The position numbers were made by a program, and so were the translations under genes. Of a stretch of DNA of 64,000 bases, positions 1-10,227 are shown one piece after another (the first letter of the stretch is position 1; the number at the start of each line of letters is the position of its first letter). A model generated the notes under the pieces. It was not told the origin of the DNA and did no database searches. It saw only the letters and a list, made by a program, of their open reading frames with translations. Location: the NCBI GenBank assembly GCA_039831155.1, contig JBDONT010000043.1:96001-160000 (forward strand), given 5' to 3'. This DNA comes from Nautiliaceae bacterium (GTDB lineage: Bacteria > Campylobacterota > Campylobacteria > Campylobacterales > Nautiliaceae).

Positions 1-1590
1 GTTAGTGAAGCCGTTGTAAAAATTTTAGTCGCTTTTGCTTTTTATTTGGATTCAGCCGTTAGATATCAAAAGGTTAAGACCTTTTTTAAACGTTTGATGA
101 ACGATGATGATTATCTGCCAAAAAAAGCGTTTGATTTTTTTATGCTTTTTTTGGTTATAAGCAGTGTAGGGATTTTGCTTTATGATATTAAACACGAATT
201 GAATCCTTGGATAGAAAATTTCGATTTTTATTTTGTTACGATTATTTTTGCCATTGAATATATTATCAGGCTTTGGGTTTATAATGATGTTCATAAAATA
301 ATTTTAGAAGAGTATGAAGAGTCTACCTTTTTGGAAAGACCCTTTTTACTTAAAAAAGTTTTAAAAAAAATCCTATTAAAGAAATGGGAATATATTAAAT
401 CCCCTTTTGCGATTATAGACTTTTTGGCTATTTTACCAGGATTTAGGTCTCTTAGAATTCTTAGGATTTTTGTAATTTTTAGGCTTTTTAAAGTTTTACG
501 ATATACAAAAAGCATTAATACGTTTTTGGAAGTTTTAGCTAGTAAAAAATTCGAACTTACGATATTACTGTTGGCAGTAGGGTTTGTGACTTTCATAGGT
601 GGTGCTGTTATTTATGTTTTTGAAGCCCACGTAAATGAAAAGATAGATACGATTTTTGATGCAGTTTATTGGTCTTTAATTACTATTTCAACCGTAGGTT
701 ATGGTGATATCACCCCCGTAACGGAAGAGGGTAAAATCCTTACTATGATTTTGATTATAGTAGGGATTGGATTTATTTCGTTTTCAACTTCTATTATAGC
801 TTCCGCTTTTACGGAAAAACTAGAAGAATTGAAAGCCGATAGGGTATTTAGAATTATTAAAAATATGAACGATATTTATTTGATTTGCGGTTATTCGAAT
901 GAGGCTGAAATTTTATGCGAGAGGTTTAAAAAGGATAATTTAAATTTTGTAGTTGTGGATATGGATGAGGAAAAAGTTAATGAAGCCATATTGAAAGGTT
1001 ATATAGCCCTAAAAGGCGATATTACTCAAAAAAGCTTTTTGCAAGTTTTGGATTTTTCGAAAATTTCAAAAATATTTGTTTTGACAAACAACGATATAAG
1101 TAACGCTTTTATAGTACTTAGTGTAAAAGCATTTAGCAAAGGAGCTGAAATTATAGCTCTTGCTAATGATGAGAGAAACGTTAGTAAAATAAAAAAAGCC
1201 GGAGCAACTTACGTAGTAGTACCTTCTACCGTAACGGCACTTTTAACGGCAGAGTATATAGGTAACCCTATAACGTTTGAAGTAATAGACGCTATTCTTA
1301 CCGAAAGAAGAAACGCTATTATTGATGAGATTATAGTAATTAAAGATTCCATTTTAGACGGTAAACTGGTGGGTGATATCGATTTTGACAAGTATAAAAT
1401 TATTCTTTTTGGAGTTTTGAAGAAAAAAGAATCCTCTCTTTTAAACGAGACTTTACAGATTGAAAAGGGACACTTTTACTTTAACCCTCCTTTTGATTTA
1501 AAATTTGAAGAGGGGGATATTTTAGTAGTAATGGGGTATAGTGTGAGTGTTAATTATTTCAAATATCAGATAGAAAAGAGTAGTATATGA
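1..1590 (+). CDS. 6-TM potassium channel with C-terminal RCK (TrkA-N/TrkA-C) domains; 5' end probably lies before the window
   Basis: Selectivity filter TVGYGD, S4-like RSLRILRIFVIFRLFKVLR, RCK Rossmann ICGYS. Frame 1 is open from base 1 (VSEAVVKILVAF...), so the TTG at 46 is probably not the true start. Confidence 0.9.
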   Translation, partial: VSEAVVKILVAFAFYLDSAVRYQKVKTFFKRLMNDDDYLPKKAFDFFMLFLVISSVGILLYDIKHELNPWIENFDFYFVTIIFAIEYIIRLWVYNDVHKIILEEYEESTFLERPFLLKKVLKKILLKKWEYIKSPFAIIDFLAILPGFRSLRILRIFVIFRLFKVLRYTKSINTFLEVLASKKFELTILLLAVGFVTFIGGAVIYVFEAHVNEKIDTIFDAVYWSLITISTVGYGDITPVTEEGKILTMILIIVGIGFISFSTSIIASAFTEKLEELKADRVFRIIKNMNDIYLICGYSNEAEILCERFKKDNLNFVVVDMDEEKVNEAILKGYIALKGDITQKSFLQVLDFSKISKIFVLTNNDISNAFIVLSVKAFSKGAEIIALANDERNVSKIKKAGATYVVVPSTVTALLTAEYIGNPITFEVIDAILTERRNAIIDEIIVIKDSILDGKLVGDIDFDKYKIILFGVLKKKESSLLNETLQIEKGHFYFNPPFDLKFEEGDILVVMGYSVSVNYFKYQIEKSSI

Positions 1591-2273
1591 GAATAGCGAT
1601 TTTTGGGTTTGATGATTTCGGAGAGAGAGTTGCCAGGTTTTTAAATAAAAAAGATACAATTATCGTTGTTTTAGACGAGAAAGAAGAGGCGAGGGCTAGA
1701 GAAAAGCTTTATGATGTGGTTAAACTTCACAATATAGACGATGATGAAATAAAAAAAATAGATGAGTTTGATATAGCTATTGCAGTTTTGCACGATGAAG
1801 ATAAAAATCTGTTTTTATGTTTAACTCTTAGGGATTTGTATCCTCAAAAAAGAATTATCGCAAAAGTTGCGAATAAAGATAACGAATATAAATATAAATT
1901 AGCAGGAGTTAATAAACTTATCAATCCTTATGAGGTTACTGCTAATAGAATTATGACTATTTTAAAAAAGCCGCTTACTTTAAAAGTTATTGAAGAGATT
2001 ATTTTTCAAGATAACAGATTATCGTTTGCTGAAATTGTAATTCCTAAAAACTCTTTTTTAGACGGGAAATTTATTAAAGATGTTTTTAAAGATATTTCGT
2101 CTTTGTATAATCTTTTGATTATAGGAATGGTCGATAAAGAACTTTCCGAAAACGTTCAGTTTGTTACAAAAGGGTATAATCACAAAATAGACGCAGGAGA
2201 TGTGTTGATTGTTGTTGGGGATAAAGATGAGATAGAGAGATTTAAAGATGATTTAAATATCGTTAAAGGATAA
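1587..2273 (+). CDS. Stand-alone TrkA/RCK-family regulatory subunit
   Basis: N-terminal IAIFGFDDFG Rossmann fold and TrkA-C-like tail IDAGDVLIVVG; overlaps the channel stop codon. Confidence 0.85.
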   Translation: MRIAIFGFDDFGERVARFLNKKDTIIVVLDEKEEARAREKLYDVVKLHNIDDDEIKKIDEFDIAIAVLHDEDKNLFLCLTLRDLYPQKRIIAKVANKDNEYKYKLAGVNKLINPYEVTANRIMTILKKPLTLKVIEEIIFQDNRLSFAEIVIPKNSFLDGKFIKDVFKDISSLYNLLIIGMVDKELSENVQFVTKGYNHKIDAGDVLIVVGDKDEIERFKDDLNIVKG

Positions 2274-2276
2274 AAA

Positions 2277-3158
2277 ATGATAGGTATTATTGGAGCCGGT
2301 GCGTGGGGAAGTGCTCTTTTTTACGCTTTAAAAGAGAAAAATGAGTGTTTGATTACTTCTAGAAAAAGAAGAGATATTAAAGAGTTTGTAAGTTTAGAGG
2401 AAGTTTTAAAAAGCGAATATATAGTTATCTCAATTGCTGCTCAAGCTATTAGGGAATTTTTAAAAAAAGTGGATTTAAAAGATAAAAAAATTTTAGTGGC
2501 AAGTAAAGGGATAGACAATAAAGAGTTGAAATTTATAAATGAGCTTTTTGAGGAGTATGTAAGCAAAGATAATTTGGCATTTTTATCCGGTCCTTCATTT
2601 GCTAAAGAAGTTAGAGAAAAAAAACCGACAGCCCTTGTAGTTGCTTCTAAAAATATCAATCTAGCAGAAAAATTTGCCTCTTTTTTTCCTTCTTATTTAA
2701 AAATGTATACTTCTTTGGATGTTGAGGGGGTTGAGGTTGCCGGTGCTTATAAAAACGTAATAGCTATTGCAAGTGGAGTTTGTGAAGGGCTAAACCTTGG
2801 AAACAACGCAAAAGCCGCACTTCTTGCAAGGGGACTTGTGGAAATGGATAGATTTGGAGAAAAGTTCGGTGCTAAAAAAGATACGTTTTTAGGAGTGGCC
2901 GGAAGTGGGGATTTGTTTTTGACGGCAAATTCTACAATGAGCAGAAACTATAGAGTAGGGCTTAATTTGGCTAAAGGTAAGCTTCTTGAAGATATATTAA
3001 CAGAACTTGGCGAAGTTGCCGAAGGTGTTTATACAACAAAAGCGATTTATGAGATAGCTAAAAGAAAAAATATCTACACTCCGATTGCAAACGAAGTTTA
3101 TAGAATTATTTATGAGGGTAAAAACCCTCAAGAAAGCTTAAAAGATTTATTAAATTAA
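2277..3158 (+). CDS. gpsA: NAD(P)H-dependent glycerol-3-phosphate dehydrogenase
   Basis: GAGAWG, LSGPSFAKEV, GAYKNVIAIA, GDLFLTANSTMSRN motifs. Confidence 0.95.
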   Translation: MIGIIGAGAWGSALFYALKEKNECLITSRKRRDIKEFVSLEEVLKSEYIVISIAAQAIREFLKKVDLKDKKILVASKGIDNKELKFINELFEEYVSKDNLAFLSGPSFAKEVREKKPTALVVASKNINLAEKFASFFPSYLKMYTSLDVEGVEVAGAYKNVIAIASGVCEGLNLGNNAKAALLARGLVEMDRFGEKFGAKKDTFLGVAGSGDLFLTANSTMSRNYRVGLNLAKGKLLEDILTELGEVAEGVYTTKAIYEIAKRKNIYTPIANEVYRIIYEGKNPQESLKDLLN

Positions 3159-3280
3159 TCTTCTTTTTTTGCAGGTTGTACTTTAGTTTTTGCTCCAAGA
3201 GCGATTGAAAGCATCATTCCTGTTGCAATTACACACATTGCGATTGCAACGAATCCACCGAATGGTCCAGCGAAATCCAT
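3155..3280 (-). CDS. Unannotated 41-aa single-TM small protein (MDFAGPFGGFVAIAMCVIATGMMLSIALGAKTKVQPAKKED)
   Basis: AGGAG RBS just upstream of the ATG, extended -10 TGCTATAAT at 3306-3314 (minus strand), hydrophobic helix followed by a charged tail; below the ORF-track size cutoff. Confidence 0.75.
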   Translation of the reverse strand: MDFAGPFGGFVAIAMCVIATGMMLSIALGAKTKVQPAKKED

Positions 3281-3371
3281 AATTTCTCCTTTTTTGGTTT
3301 TGATTATTATAGCAAATTATGTGAATATGTGAATAAGTTTTGATAAAATTTTCTTAAAAAAAGAAGAAAAG

Positions 3372-4109
3372 ATGAGACTTGATTTGTATTTGGTAACAAA
3401 CGGCTATACATTTAGCAGAAACAAAGCCCAGGAACTTATAAAGAAAAGTTATGTAAAAGTTAATGAAAAAACAATTAAAAAACCTTCGTTTATGGTAGAA
3501 CAAGATGATAAAGTAGAGGTTTTAAAAGCTCAAGAGTATGTATCAAGAGCCGCTTATAAGCTTAAAAACTACCTGGATAAATACAGTCTCTCTTTTGAAA
3601 ATAAAAATGTGCTTGATATAGGTTCAAGTACAGGTGGATTTACTCAAGTTGCTTTGGAAAAAGGGGCTAAAAAGGTTGTTTCGGTAGATGTGGGAAATAA
3701 TCAGCTTCATTTTTCTTTAAGAGACAATCCTAAAATAGAGGTTTTTGAAAATACGGATATAAGAGACTTTCAATATCCTAAGAAGTTTGATATAGTAGTA
3801 AGCGACGTTAGTTTTATTTCATTACTTAAAATTTTGGATAAAATAGATTCTTTAATTGAAAAAGGGGAGATTATTTTGCTTTTTAAGCCTCAATTTGAGG
3901 TCGGGCGTGAAGTAAAAAGAGATAAAAGAGGAGTCGTAACCGATAAAGAAGTTATAAAAAAAGCAAGAAGTAATTTTGAAAAAGAGACAAAAAAACTTAA
4001 TTGGAAACTTTTAAGAAGTGAAGAGTCTAGTATAAAAGGAAAAGAGGGAAATATCGAGTATATTTACCATTTCGTAAAGGAAAATAATGATAAAAAGATA
4101 TCCGACTAA
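3372..4109 (+). CDS. tlyA: TlyA family rRNA 2'-O-methyltransferase
   Basis: S4 domain [45 protein letters not shown]. Confidence 0.95.
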   Translation: MRLDLYLVTNGYTFSRNKAQELIKKSYVKVNEKTIKKPSFMVEQDDKVEVLKAQEYVSRAAYKLKNYLDKYSLSFENKNVLDIGSSTGGFTQVALEKGAKKVVSVDVGNNQLHFSLRDNPKIEVFENTDIRDFQYPKKFDIVVSDVSFISLLKILDKIDSLIEKGEIILLFKPQFEVGREVKRDKRGVVTDKEVIKKARSNFEKETKKLNWKLLRSEESSIKGKEGNIEYIYHFVKENNDKKISD

Positions 4110-5139
4110 AAAAATAAAAGTAGCAAATGTGGAAATTGGAGGAGACGCTCCTATTTCCGTGCAGTCTATGACATACTCTAAAACAAAAGATATTAAAAAC
4201 ACTTTAAATCAAATAAACGAACTCTATTTTGCAGGGGCTGATATAGTAAGAGTTGCCGTTTTGGATGAGGATGATGCAAACGCTTTAAAAGAGATTAAAG
4301 AAAAATCTCCTCTTCCTATAATTGCCGATATTCATTTTAACTATCGTTTAGGGTTAAAAGCTGCGGAAGTGGTTGACGGGCTTAGGATTAATCCCGGTAA
4401 TATCGGAGGGAAAGAGAGAATAAAAGCTATTGTGGATGTATGTAAGGCAAGAGGAATTCCTATAAGAATAGGGGTAAATGCCGGGTCTTTAGAAGAACAT
4501 CTTGAAAACAGATACGGACAAACTCCAAAGGCTATGGTTGAGTCTGCTCTTTGGCATATTAAGTTTTTAGAGGATTTGGATTTTACGGATATAAAAGTTT
4601 CTTTAAAAGCAAGTGACGTTCAAAGAACGGTTAAGGCGTATAGAATGCTTAGACCTCTTGTTGAGTATCCTTTTCATTTAGGGGTTACGGAAGCCGGTAC
4701 GAAATTTCACGCCACTATTAAATCGGCAGCAGCTTTTGGGGCACTTTTGCTTGATGGGATAGGAGATACGCTTAGGGTTTCCATTACCGGGGAACTTGAA
4801 GAAGAAATTAGAGTCGGGAAGGCTGTTTTAAAAGATTTGGGGCTTTTAAAAGAGGGGGTTAATATCATTTCTTGTCCTACTTGTGGAAGGATTGAGGTTG
4901 ATTTGCCACCTATTGTAGAAGCAGTTGAAAAGGCTGCTAAAGATATTAAAAAACCTTTAAACCTTGCCGTAATGGGTTGTGTGGTAAATGCTATAGGAGA
5001 AGCAAAAGAAGCGGATTTGGCTATAGCTTGTGGTAAAGGGTATGGGCTTATTATAAAAAAAGGTGAAGTTATAGGTAAGTATAAAGAAGATGAGCTGCTT
5101 GAAAGATTTTTGGAAGAAGTTAAAAAGGAGAGCGAATGA
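4087..5139 (+). CDS. ispG: 4-hydroxy-3-methylbut-2-en-1-yl diphosphate synthase
   Basis: [33 protein letters not shown]. Confidence 0.97.
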   Translation: MIKRYPTKKIKVANVEIGGDAPISVQSMTYSKTKDIKNTLNQINELYFAGADIVRVAVLDEDDANALKEIKEKSPLPIIADIHFNYRLGLKAAEVVDGLRINPGNIGGKERIKAIVDVCKARGIPIRIGVNAGSLEEHLENRYGQTPKAMVESALWHIKFLEDLDFTDIKVSLKASDVQRTVKAYRMLRPLVEYPFHLGVTEAGTKFHATIKSAAAFGALLLDGIGDTLRVSITGELEEEIRVGKAVLKDLGLLKEGVNIISCPTCGRIEVDLPPIVEAVEKAAKDIKKPLNLAVMGCVVNAIGEAKEADLAIACGKGYGLIIKKGEVIGKYKEDELLERFLEEVKKESE

Positions 5140-5435
5140 ATTCAGCAGGTTTGATAACGGTTGTAGTTTTAGGTGTGGCTTCTATGGCTTTTATTTTTAT
5201 GTTTTTAATTTTAAGGGAAGTTGAGGTAAATGAAGAGAGAATCGCTAAAATTTTGGGTAAAGATTTGGAAAAAATAAAAAAGGCAAAAGATGATGAAGAG
5301 TTAAAAGAGATTATAAGGTCTTTACCTAAAAATAAAAGAACAAAATTAAAAACTCTTTTTGAATCTCAAGATATAAGAGTAGCCGTTAATGAAATTAAAA
5401 AACATATCCTAAAAGTTAATCCTCCGGAAAATTAA
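5136..5435 (+). CDS. Hypothetical membrane-anchored protein
   Basis: ATGA overlap with ispG, AGGAG RBS, N-terminal hydrophobic helix. Confidence 0.6.
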   Translation: MNSAGLITVVVLGVASMAFIFMFLILREVEVNEERIAKILGKDLEKIKKAKDDEELKEIIRSLPKNKRTKLKTLFESQDIRVAVNEIKKHILKVNPPEN

Positions 5436-5670
5436 TACGTAAATTAGGATCTGCTAGTACCTCATCGATAATAATTTCCAAATCTTCTTTTGCTTCTTTT
5501 AGGATGTTGAATTTGCCTTCGTTTTCAGATAAAATAACACCTATCTCAATAGGATTGTTTGAAGCTTTAAGCTCTTCTATTAGTTGTTCATCGTCTGTTT
5601 GAATGTATAGGCTTTTGTATTGCAGAGTCGCTATGGAATCTTTAAACGGATACGTGATTTTAATAATCAT
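5416..5670 (-). CDS. Hypothetical protein
   Basis: 84-aa ORF with AGG RBS, divergent from dnaB. Confidence 0.6.
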   Translation of the reverse strand: MIIKITYPFKDSIATLQYKSLYIQTDDEQLIEELKASNNPIEIGVILSENEGKFNILKEAKEDLEIIIDEVLADPNLRINFPED

Positions 5671-5713
5671 AAAAAACCTTTTTTTTATAATTTTAGCATA
5701 AAAGGAAAAAATT

Positions 5714-7114
5714 GTGGAACTTTATAATCTTGATATAGAAAGAGGAGTGCTTAGTGCCATACTTTTTGACGGAAAAGTTTATGAGGATGTCGCTTCTATT
5801 TTAAAGCCTCAAGACTTTTATCTGCCTTTTCATCAATACGTGTTTGAGGCGATGGAGGAACTTTATAAAAAAGATTATCCTATAGATGAAGTTTTTTTAA
5901 GGGATTTTTTAACTAAACAAAACAGATTTGATGAAGAGTTGTTTTTGGAAATTTTAGGAACAGCTCCTATAGAAGCCGTTGAAGCGTATGCAAAAGAGAT
6001 AAAAGATTTGGCCGTAAAAAGAGAACTTATTCATCTTTCAAATGAAATAAAAAAAATAGTTCTGGAAGAAGATAAAAGGGCTATTGAAGAGGTTGAAGAG
6101 ATTCAAGGGAAACTTTTTGCAATAGCCACTTCAAATTTGGCGGGGGATTTTAAAAACTCTTTTTCCATTGTTACGAAAACTTTAGAGTATATTGAAGAGC
6201 AGAAAAAGAAAAAAAACCAAATAGTAACAGGGCTTGATACCGGGTTTAGCGAACTTAATAGAATGACTAGCGGATTTGGAGAGGGGGATTTGATAATTAT
6301 TGCAGCAAGACCTAGTATGGGTAAAACGGCGTTTGCACTAAACTTAGCTTTAAACGTATTAAAACAAGACAAGGGTGTGGCTATATTTTCTCTTGAAATG
6401 CCGGCAGAACAGCTTATGCTAAGAATGCTTAGTGCCGCCGGGAATATCCCTTTGCAGGATTTAAGAAGGGGGAATTTGTCTCCGGAGGAGTGGAGCAAAC
6501 TTAGCGAACTTGCAGATGAGTTTAGCCAAAAGCCTCTTTTTGTGGATGATGAAGGGAATGTAAATATTCATACTATAAGAGCTAAACTTAGAAAACTAAA
6601 AATGCAAAATCCTAATTTGTCTTTGGCTATAATAGACTATTTGCAGCTAATCTCTTCGGACCAAAGAGAGAGGCATTTGGCTATTGCGGAAATTAGTAGA
6701 AGTTTAAAACTTTTAGCAAGAGAACTTCAAATTCCTATAATAGCACTTTCGCAGTTAAACCGGTCGCTTGAGAGTAGACCGAATAAGCGTCCTATGTTAA
6801 GTGACTTAAGAGAATCCGGTGCAATCGAACAAGACGCCGATATCATTATGTTTATTTATAGAGACGATGTGTATAAAGCTATGGAAGCCAGACAGAAACA
6901 AAAAGAAGCACTTGAAAAAGGAAAAGCCGTTGAGGTTAATTTTCAGGAAAAAGAAGTGGAAGATGCTGAAATAATTATAGGAAAACAAAGAAATGGACCT
7001 ACCGGAACGGTTGAGATGCTGTTTCATAAAAAATATACTCTGTTTACTGATAAATACAGTGAAGTTAAAGAGATTCAAATGAATGAAGCAGAAATAGAAC
7101 TTCCGCCTATTTAA
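5714..7114 (+). CDS. dnaB: Replicative DNA helicase
   Basis: AARPSMGKT, FSLEM, IIDYLQL, ALSQLNR, SDLRESGAIEQDAD, KQRNGPTG. Confidence 0.97.
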   Translation: MELYNLDIERGVLSAILFDGKVYEDVASILKPQDFYLPFHQYVFEAMEELYKKDYPIDEVFLRDFLTKQNRFDEELFLEILGTAPIEAVEAYAKEIKDLAVKRELIHLSNEIKKIVLEEDKRAIEEVEEIQGKLFAIATSNLAGDFKNSFSIVTKTLEYIEEQKKKKNQIVTGLDTGFSELNRMTSGFGEGDLIIIAARPSMGKTAFALNLALNVLKQDKGVAIFSLEMPAEQLMLRMLSAAGNIPLQDLRRGNLSPEEWSKLSELADEFSQKPLFVDDEGNVNIHTIRAKLRKLKMQNPNLSLAIIDYLQLISSDQRERHLAIAEISRSLKLLARELQIPIIALSQLNRSLESRPNKRPMLSDLRESGAIEQDADIIMFIYRDDVYKAMEARQKQKEALEKGKAVEVNFQEKEVEDAEIIIGKQRNGPTGTVEMLFHKKYTLFTDKYSEVKEIQMNEAEIELPPI

Positions 7115-8304
7115 TGAAAAAGGTAGTTGCTTTAATAGGGGTTTTAATTGTTTTTAGGGTTTTTGTCTCTTTTTTGGGGTATTTGGAGTTTAAATCTCAT
7201 AAAGTATTGGAAATTAACGCTAAAGTGGTAAATCAATATAAAAAGAAAAACCATTGGGTCTTAAAACTCAAAAACACTACCCTCTCTTTTTATACCACTT
7301 CAAAAGACAACTTAAAAAACCTCTTAAACGATAACGTAAAACTTGATATTATTACTTCAAAAGTCTCTTTTTTTGATTATCTTTTTACGTTTTACGCTCC
7401 CGGTTTTAATTTAAAGCTTTTACCTTTAAGTGAAGTTCAAATTTATATCGCTTCTCAACATAAAGATGAAAAACTCTCAAACCTTTTTAGGGCGTTGTTT
7501 TTGGGTGAAAGTATGGATTATAAGACTAAAAATGAATTAAGTACTCTTGGAATTTCTCATCTTTTTGCTTTAAGTGGACTTCATTTAGGGTTTATTTCTA
7601 TGTTTTTGTATTTTATTCTTTTGCCCGTTTATAAGATTTTTCATTCTAAATTCCCTTATAGAAACAGGTTTTTTGATTTGGGGGTGGTTGTTTTGGTGAT
7701 TGAGTTTTTGTATCTTTATTTTACTTCTTTTCCCCCTTCTTTGGTTAGAGCTTTTGTTTTGGAAGTTGTTGTTTTTTTATATATGGTGTATTTAAAAAAG
7801 CCTCTTTCGCTGGAAATTTTATTAACGGTTATTGTTATTTCTTTTATTGTTTTTGGTTTTAAGGTGTTTTTTTTGGGGTATTTTTTGAGTATTTTAGGGG
7901 TTTTTTATATTTATCTTTTTTTTAACCATTTTAAATTCGGATTTTTAAGTTCCGTTTTGCTTAGTTTTTATATGTTTTTAGTGATGTTTGTGATATCTCA
8001 TACGTTTTTTTGTAATTTTAATATGTACCAGCTTTTTTCGCCTTTTGTAAATATAGCTTTTTCACTCTTTTATCCTTTGGAGGTGCTTTTGCATTTTATG
8101 GGGTTTGGAGGTGTTTTTGATGAGGTTATTAAGAGTTATCTTTTACTGGGGGATAAGTTTGTTTGTATTAAGTTTCCTTTGATTTTCGGAGTTTTGTTTA
8201 TTTTGGTTAGTTTTTGGGCTTTTTTCTCAAAAAGAGTTTTTTTTGGTATAAATTTAATATCATTAATAGCAATATTTTATGCAATAGGAGAGAGTGTTGG
8301 ATAA
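7114..8304 (+). CDS. comEC: ComEC/Rec2 competence membrane protein
   Basis: GISHLFALSGLHLG and PSLVRA motifs; multiple TM segments. Confidence 0.9.
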   Translation: MKKVVALIGVLIVFRVFVSFLGYLEFKSHKVLEINAKVVNQYKKKNHWVLKLKNTTLSFYTTSKDNLKNLLNDNVKLDIITSKVSFFDYLFTFYAPGFNLKLLPLSEVQIYIASQHKDEKLSNLFRALFLGESMDYKTKNELSTLGISHLFALSGLHLGFISMFLYFILLPVYKIFHSKFPYRNRFFDLGVVVLVIEFLYLYFTSFPPSLVRAFVLEVVVFLYMVYLKKPLSLEILLTVIVISFIVFGFKVFFLGYFLSILGVFYIYLFFNHFKFGFLSSVLLSFYMFLVMFVISHTFFCNFNMYQLFSPFVNIAFSLFYPLEVLLHFMGFGGVFDEVIKSYLLLGDKFVCIKFPLIFGVLFILVSFWAFFSKRVFFGINLISLIAIFYAIGESVG

Positions 8305-10219
8305 GTTTAAAGACGTAAAAGAGTATGCGAATTATTTTAAAGAGTTGGTGGAAAAGGAAAGAATTGCCGAAAAAGAGTTTCATTTAAACGAAATTAAGCG
8401 TTTAAGTGGAGTTGAGAGACAAAAAAGAGGAAGAGCCGTCCTTGGGCTTAGGATGAAATTTGTAGGAGAGTTTTTAGATTTTAAGATTTATAAATTTAAC
8501 AGAAACAATATGCCAGAACATCAAATAAAAGTTGGCGATATCGTTTTGGTTAGTAAAGGCGAGCCTTTAAAATTTGCTAAAGAAGCAACGGTTAGCGGGG
8601 TTGGTAAGAATTTTATAGAAGTTTATTCAAAAGAGCCGATTTTCCGTTCTAAACTCTATAGGCTGGATTTATTTGTAAACGATATAACCTTTAAAAGAAT
8701 GATAAAAGCCCTAGAGAATGTGAAAAACGGAAACGTTCAAAACGACACGGATATTTTAATAGGTAAAAAACCACCTAAAATTGAAAAAGTGGAAGTAACA
8801 TCGGAAGTTTTAAACGAATCTCAAAATGTAGCCTTAAGAAAATCTATAAATTCGGATCTCTTTTTAATTCACGGGCCCCCGGGTACGGGAAAAACTACAA
8901 CTTTGGCCGAAGTTATAAAAAAACACATAGGAAAAAAACTTTTAGTTGCGGCAGACAGTAACGTAGCCGTTGATAATCTTCTTGAAAAGCTTAAAGACTA
9001 TAACGTAGTAAGAATAGGTCATCCGGCAAAAATGGATTCTAAACTTATGAAATACTCTTTAGATGTTAAAATAAGACGCGATAAAAGATATAAAGAAATT
9101 GAAAAGATTATTAAAAAAATCGACAATTTGAAATATCTTCAGGATAAAAAATATAAAAAACCGACTCCCGGAAGACGCAGAGGTTTAAGTGATGAAGAAA
9201 TTTTAAAATACGCTAAAGAAAACAGAAGTGCTAGGGGAGTTTTAAGAGAGTGGATGAAGGAGATGGCAGAGTGGATTAAAATTCAGAAAAACATCAATAA
9301 ACTTTATGACGAAAAGAATAAAAAAACAGAAATTATTATGAATGATATTTTGGATAAGGCAGAAATTATTTTCGCTACCAATTCTGCTTGTGGGGGAGAG
9401 TTTTTGGAAAATAGAACGTTTGATGTAGTTTTTATCGACGAAGCGGCTCAAGCTATGGAACCTAGCACCCTTATACCTTATACAAAGGCAAAAAGAGTTG
9501 TTTTTGCCGGTGACCATAAGCAGTTGCCACCTACTATTTTGAGTAATGACGAAAGATTGAAAATCAGTATGTTTGAGAGGTTTAGTGCCATTTATCCGTC
9601 TGCTATGCATACGCTGGGGGTTCAATACAGAATGAATAAAAAAATAAACGATTTTCCAAGTTGCGAATTTTATGATTGTAAGGTAAAAACCGATAAAAGC
9701 GTGGAGAATATAACTATTTTGGATTTGGGTATTAATATTGAAGATTACGGAAAAGAAGAGCCTTTGGTGTTTATAGATACGTGTGGGAAGTTTTTGGAAA
9801 AAAGCAAAAAAGATTCACCCTCAAAATATAACCCTTTAGAAGCCGAATTTGTAAAAGAGATGATTAAAAAGTTTTTGGAAAAAGGAAAAGAGGAGTTTAT
9901 AGGGGTTATTACTCCTTATAAAGACCACGAAGAGTATATAAAAACCATTCTTGAAAAAGAGAATATAAAAGATGTGGAAGTAAAAAGCGTTGACGGATTT
10001 CAGGGAAGAGAAAAAGAGATTATAATATTAAGCCTTGTAAGGGCAAATTCAAAAGAAGAGATAGGGTTTTTAAACGATATAAGACGTTTAAACGTAGCTA
10101 TTACAAGAGCTAAAAGAAAGTTGATTATCGTAGGGGATGCTAAAACGTTGAGCAGTAATAAAACGTATATGAATTTGATACAATATGTAAAAAATAACGG
10201 CTTTTATGAGCAGATTTAA
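8294..10219 (+). CDS. SF1 Upf1/IGHMBP2-like helicase
   Basis: LNESQ, HGPPGTGKT, SNVAVDNL, IDEAAQ, GDHKQLPP, QYRM, VDGFQGREKE, RRLNVAITRAK. Confidence 0.92.
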   Translation: MLDKFKDVKEYANYFKELVEKERIAEKEFHLNEIKRLSGVERQKRGRAVLGLRMKFVGEFLDFKIYKFNRNNMPEHQIKVGDIVLVSKGEPLKFAKEATVSGVGKNFIEVYSKEPIFRSKLYRLDLFVNDITFKRMIKALENVKNGNVQNDTDILIGKKPPKIEKVEVTSEVLNESQNVALRKSINSDLFLIHGPPGTGKTTTLAEVIKKHIGKKLLVAADSNVAVDNLLEKLKDYNVVRIGHPAKMDSKLMKYSLDVKIRRDKRYKEIEKIIKKIDNLKYLQDKKYKKPTPGRRRGLSDEEILKYAKENRSARGVLREWMKEMAEWIKIQKNINKLYDEKNKKTEIIMNDILDKAEIIFATNSACGGEFLENRTFDVVFIDEAAQAMEPSTLIPYTKAKRVVFAGDHKQLPPTILSNDERLKISMFERFSAIYPSAMHTLGVQYRMNKKINDFPSCEFYDCKVKTDKSVENITILDLGINIEDYGKEEPLVFIDTCGKFLEKSKKDSPSKYNPLEAEFVKEMIKKFLEKGKEEFIGVITPYKDHEEYIKTILEKENIKDVEVKSVDGFQGREKEIIILSLVRANSKEEIGFLNDIRRLNVAITRAKRKLIIVGDAKTLSSNKTYMNLIQYVKNNGFYEQI

Positions 10220-10227
10220 GGATAAAA

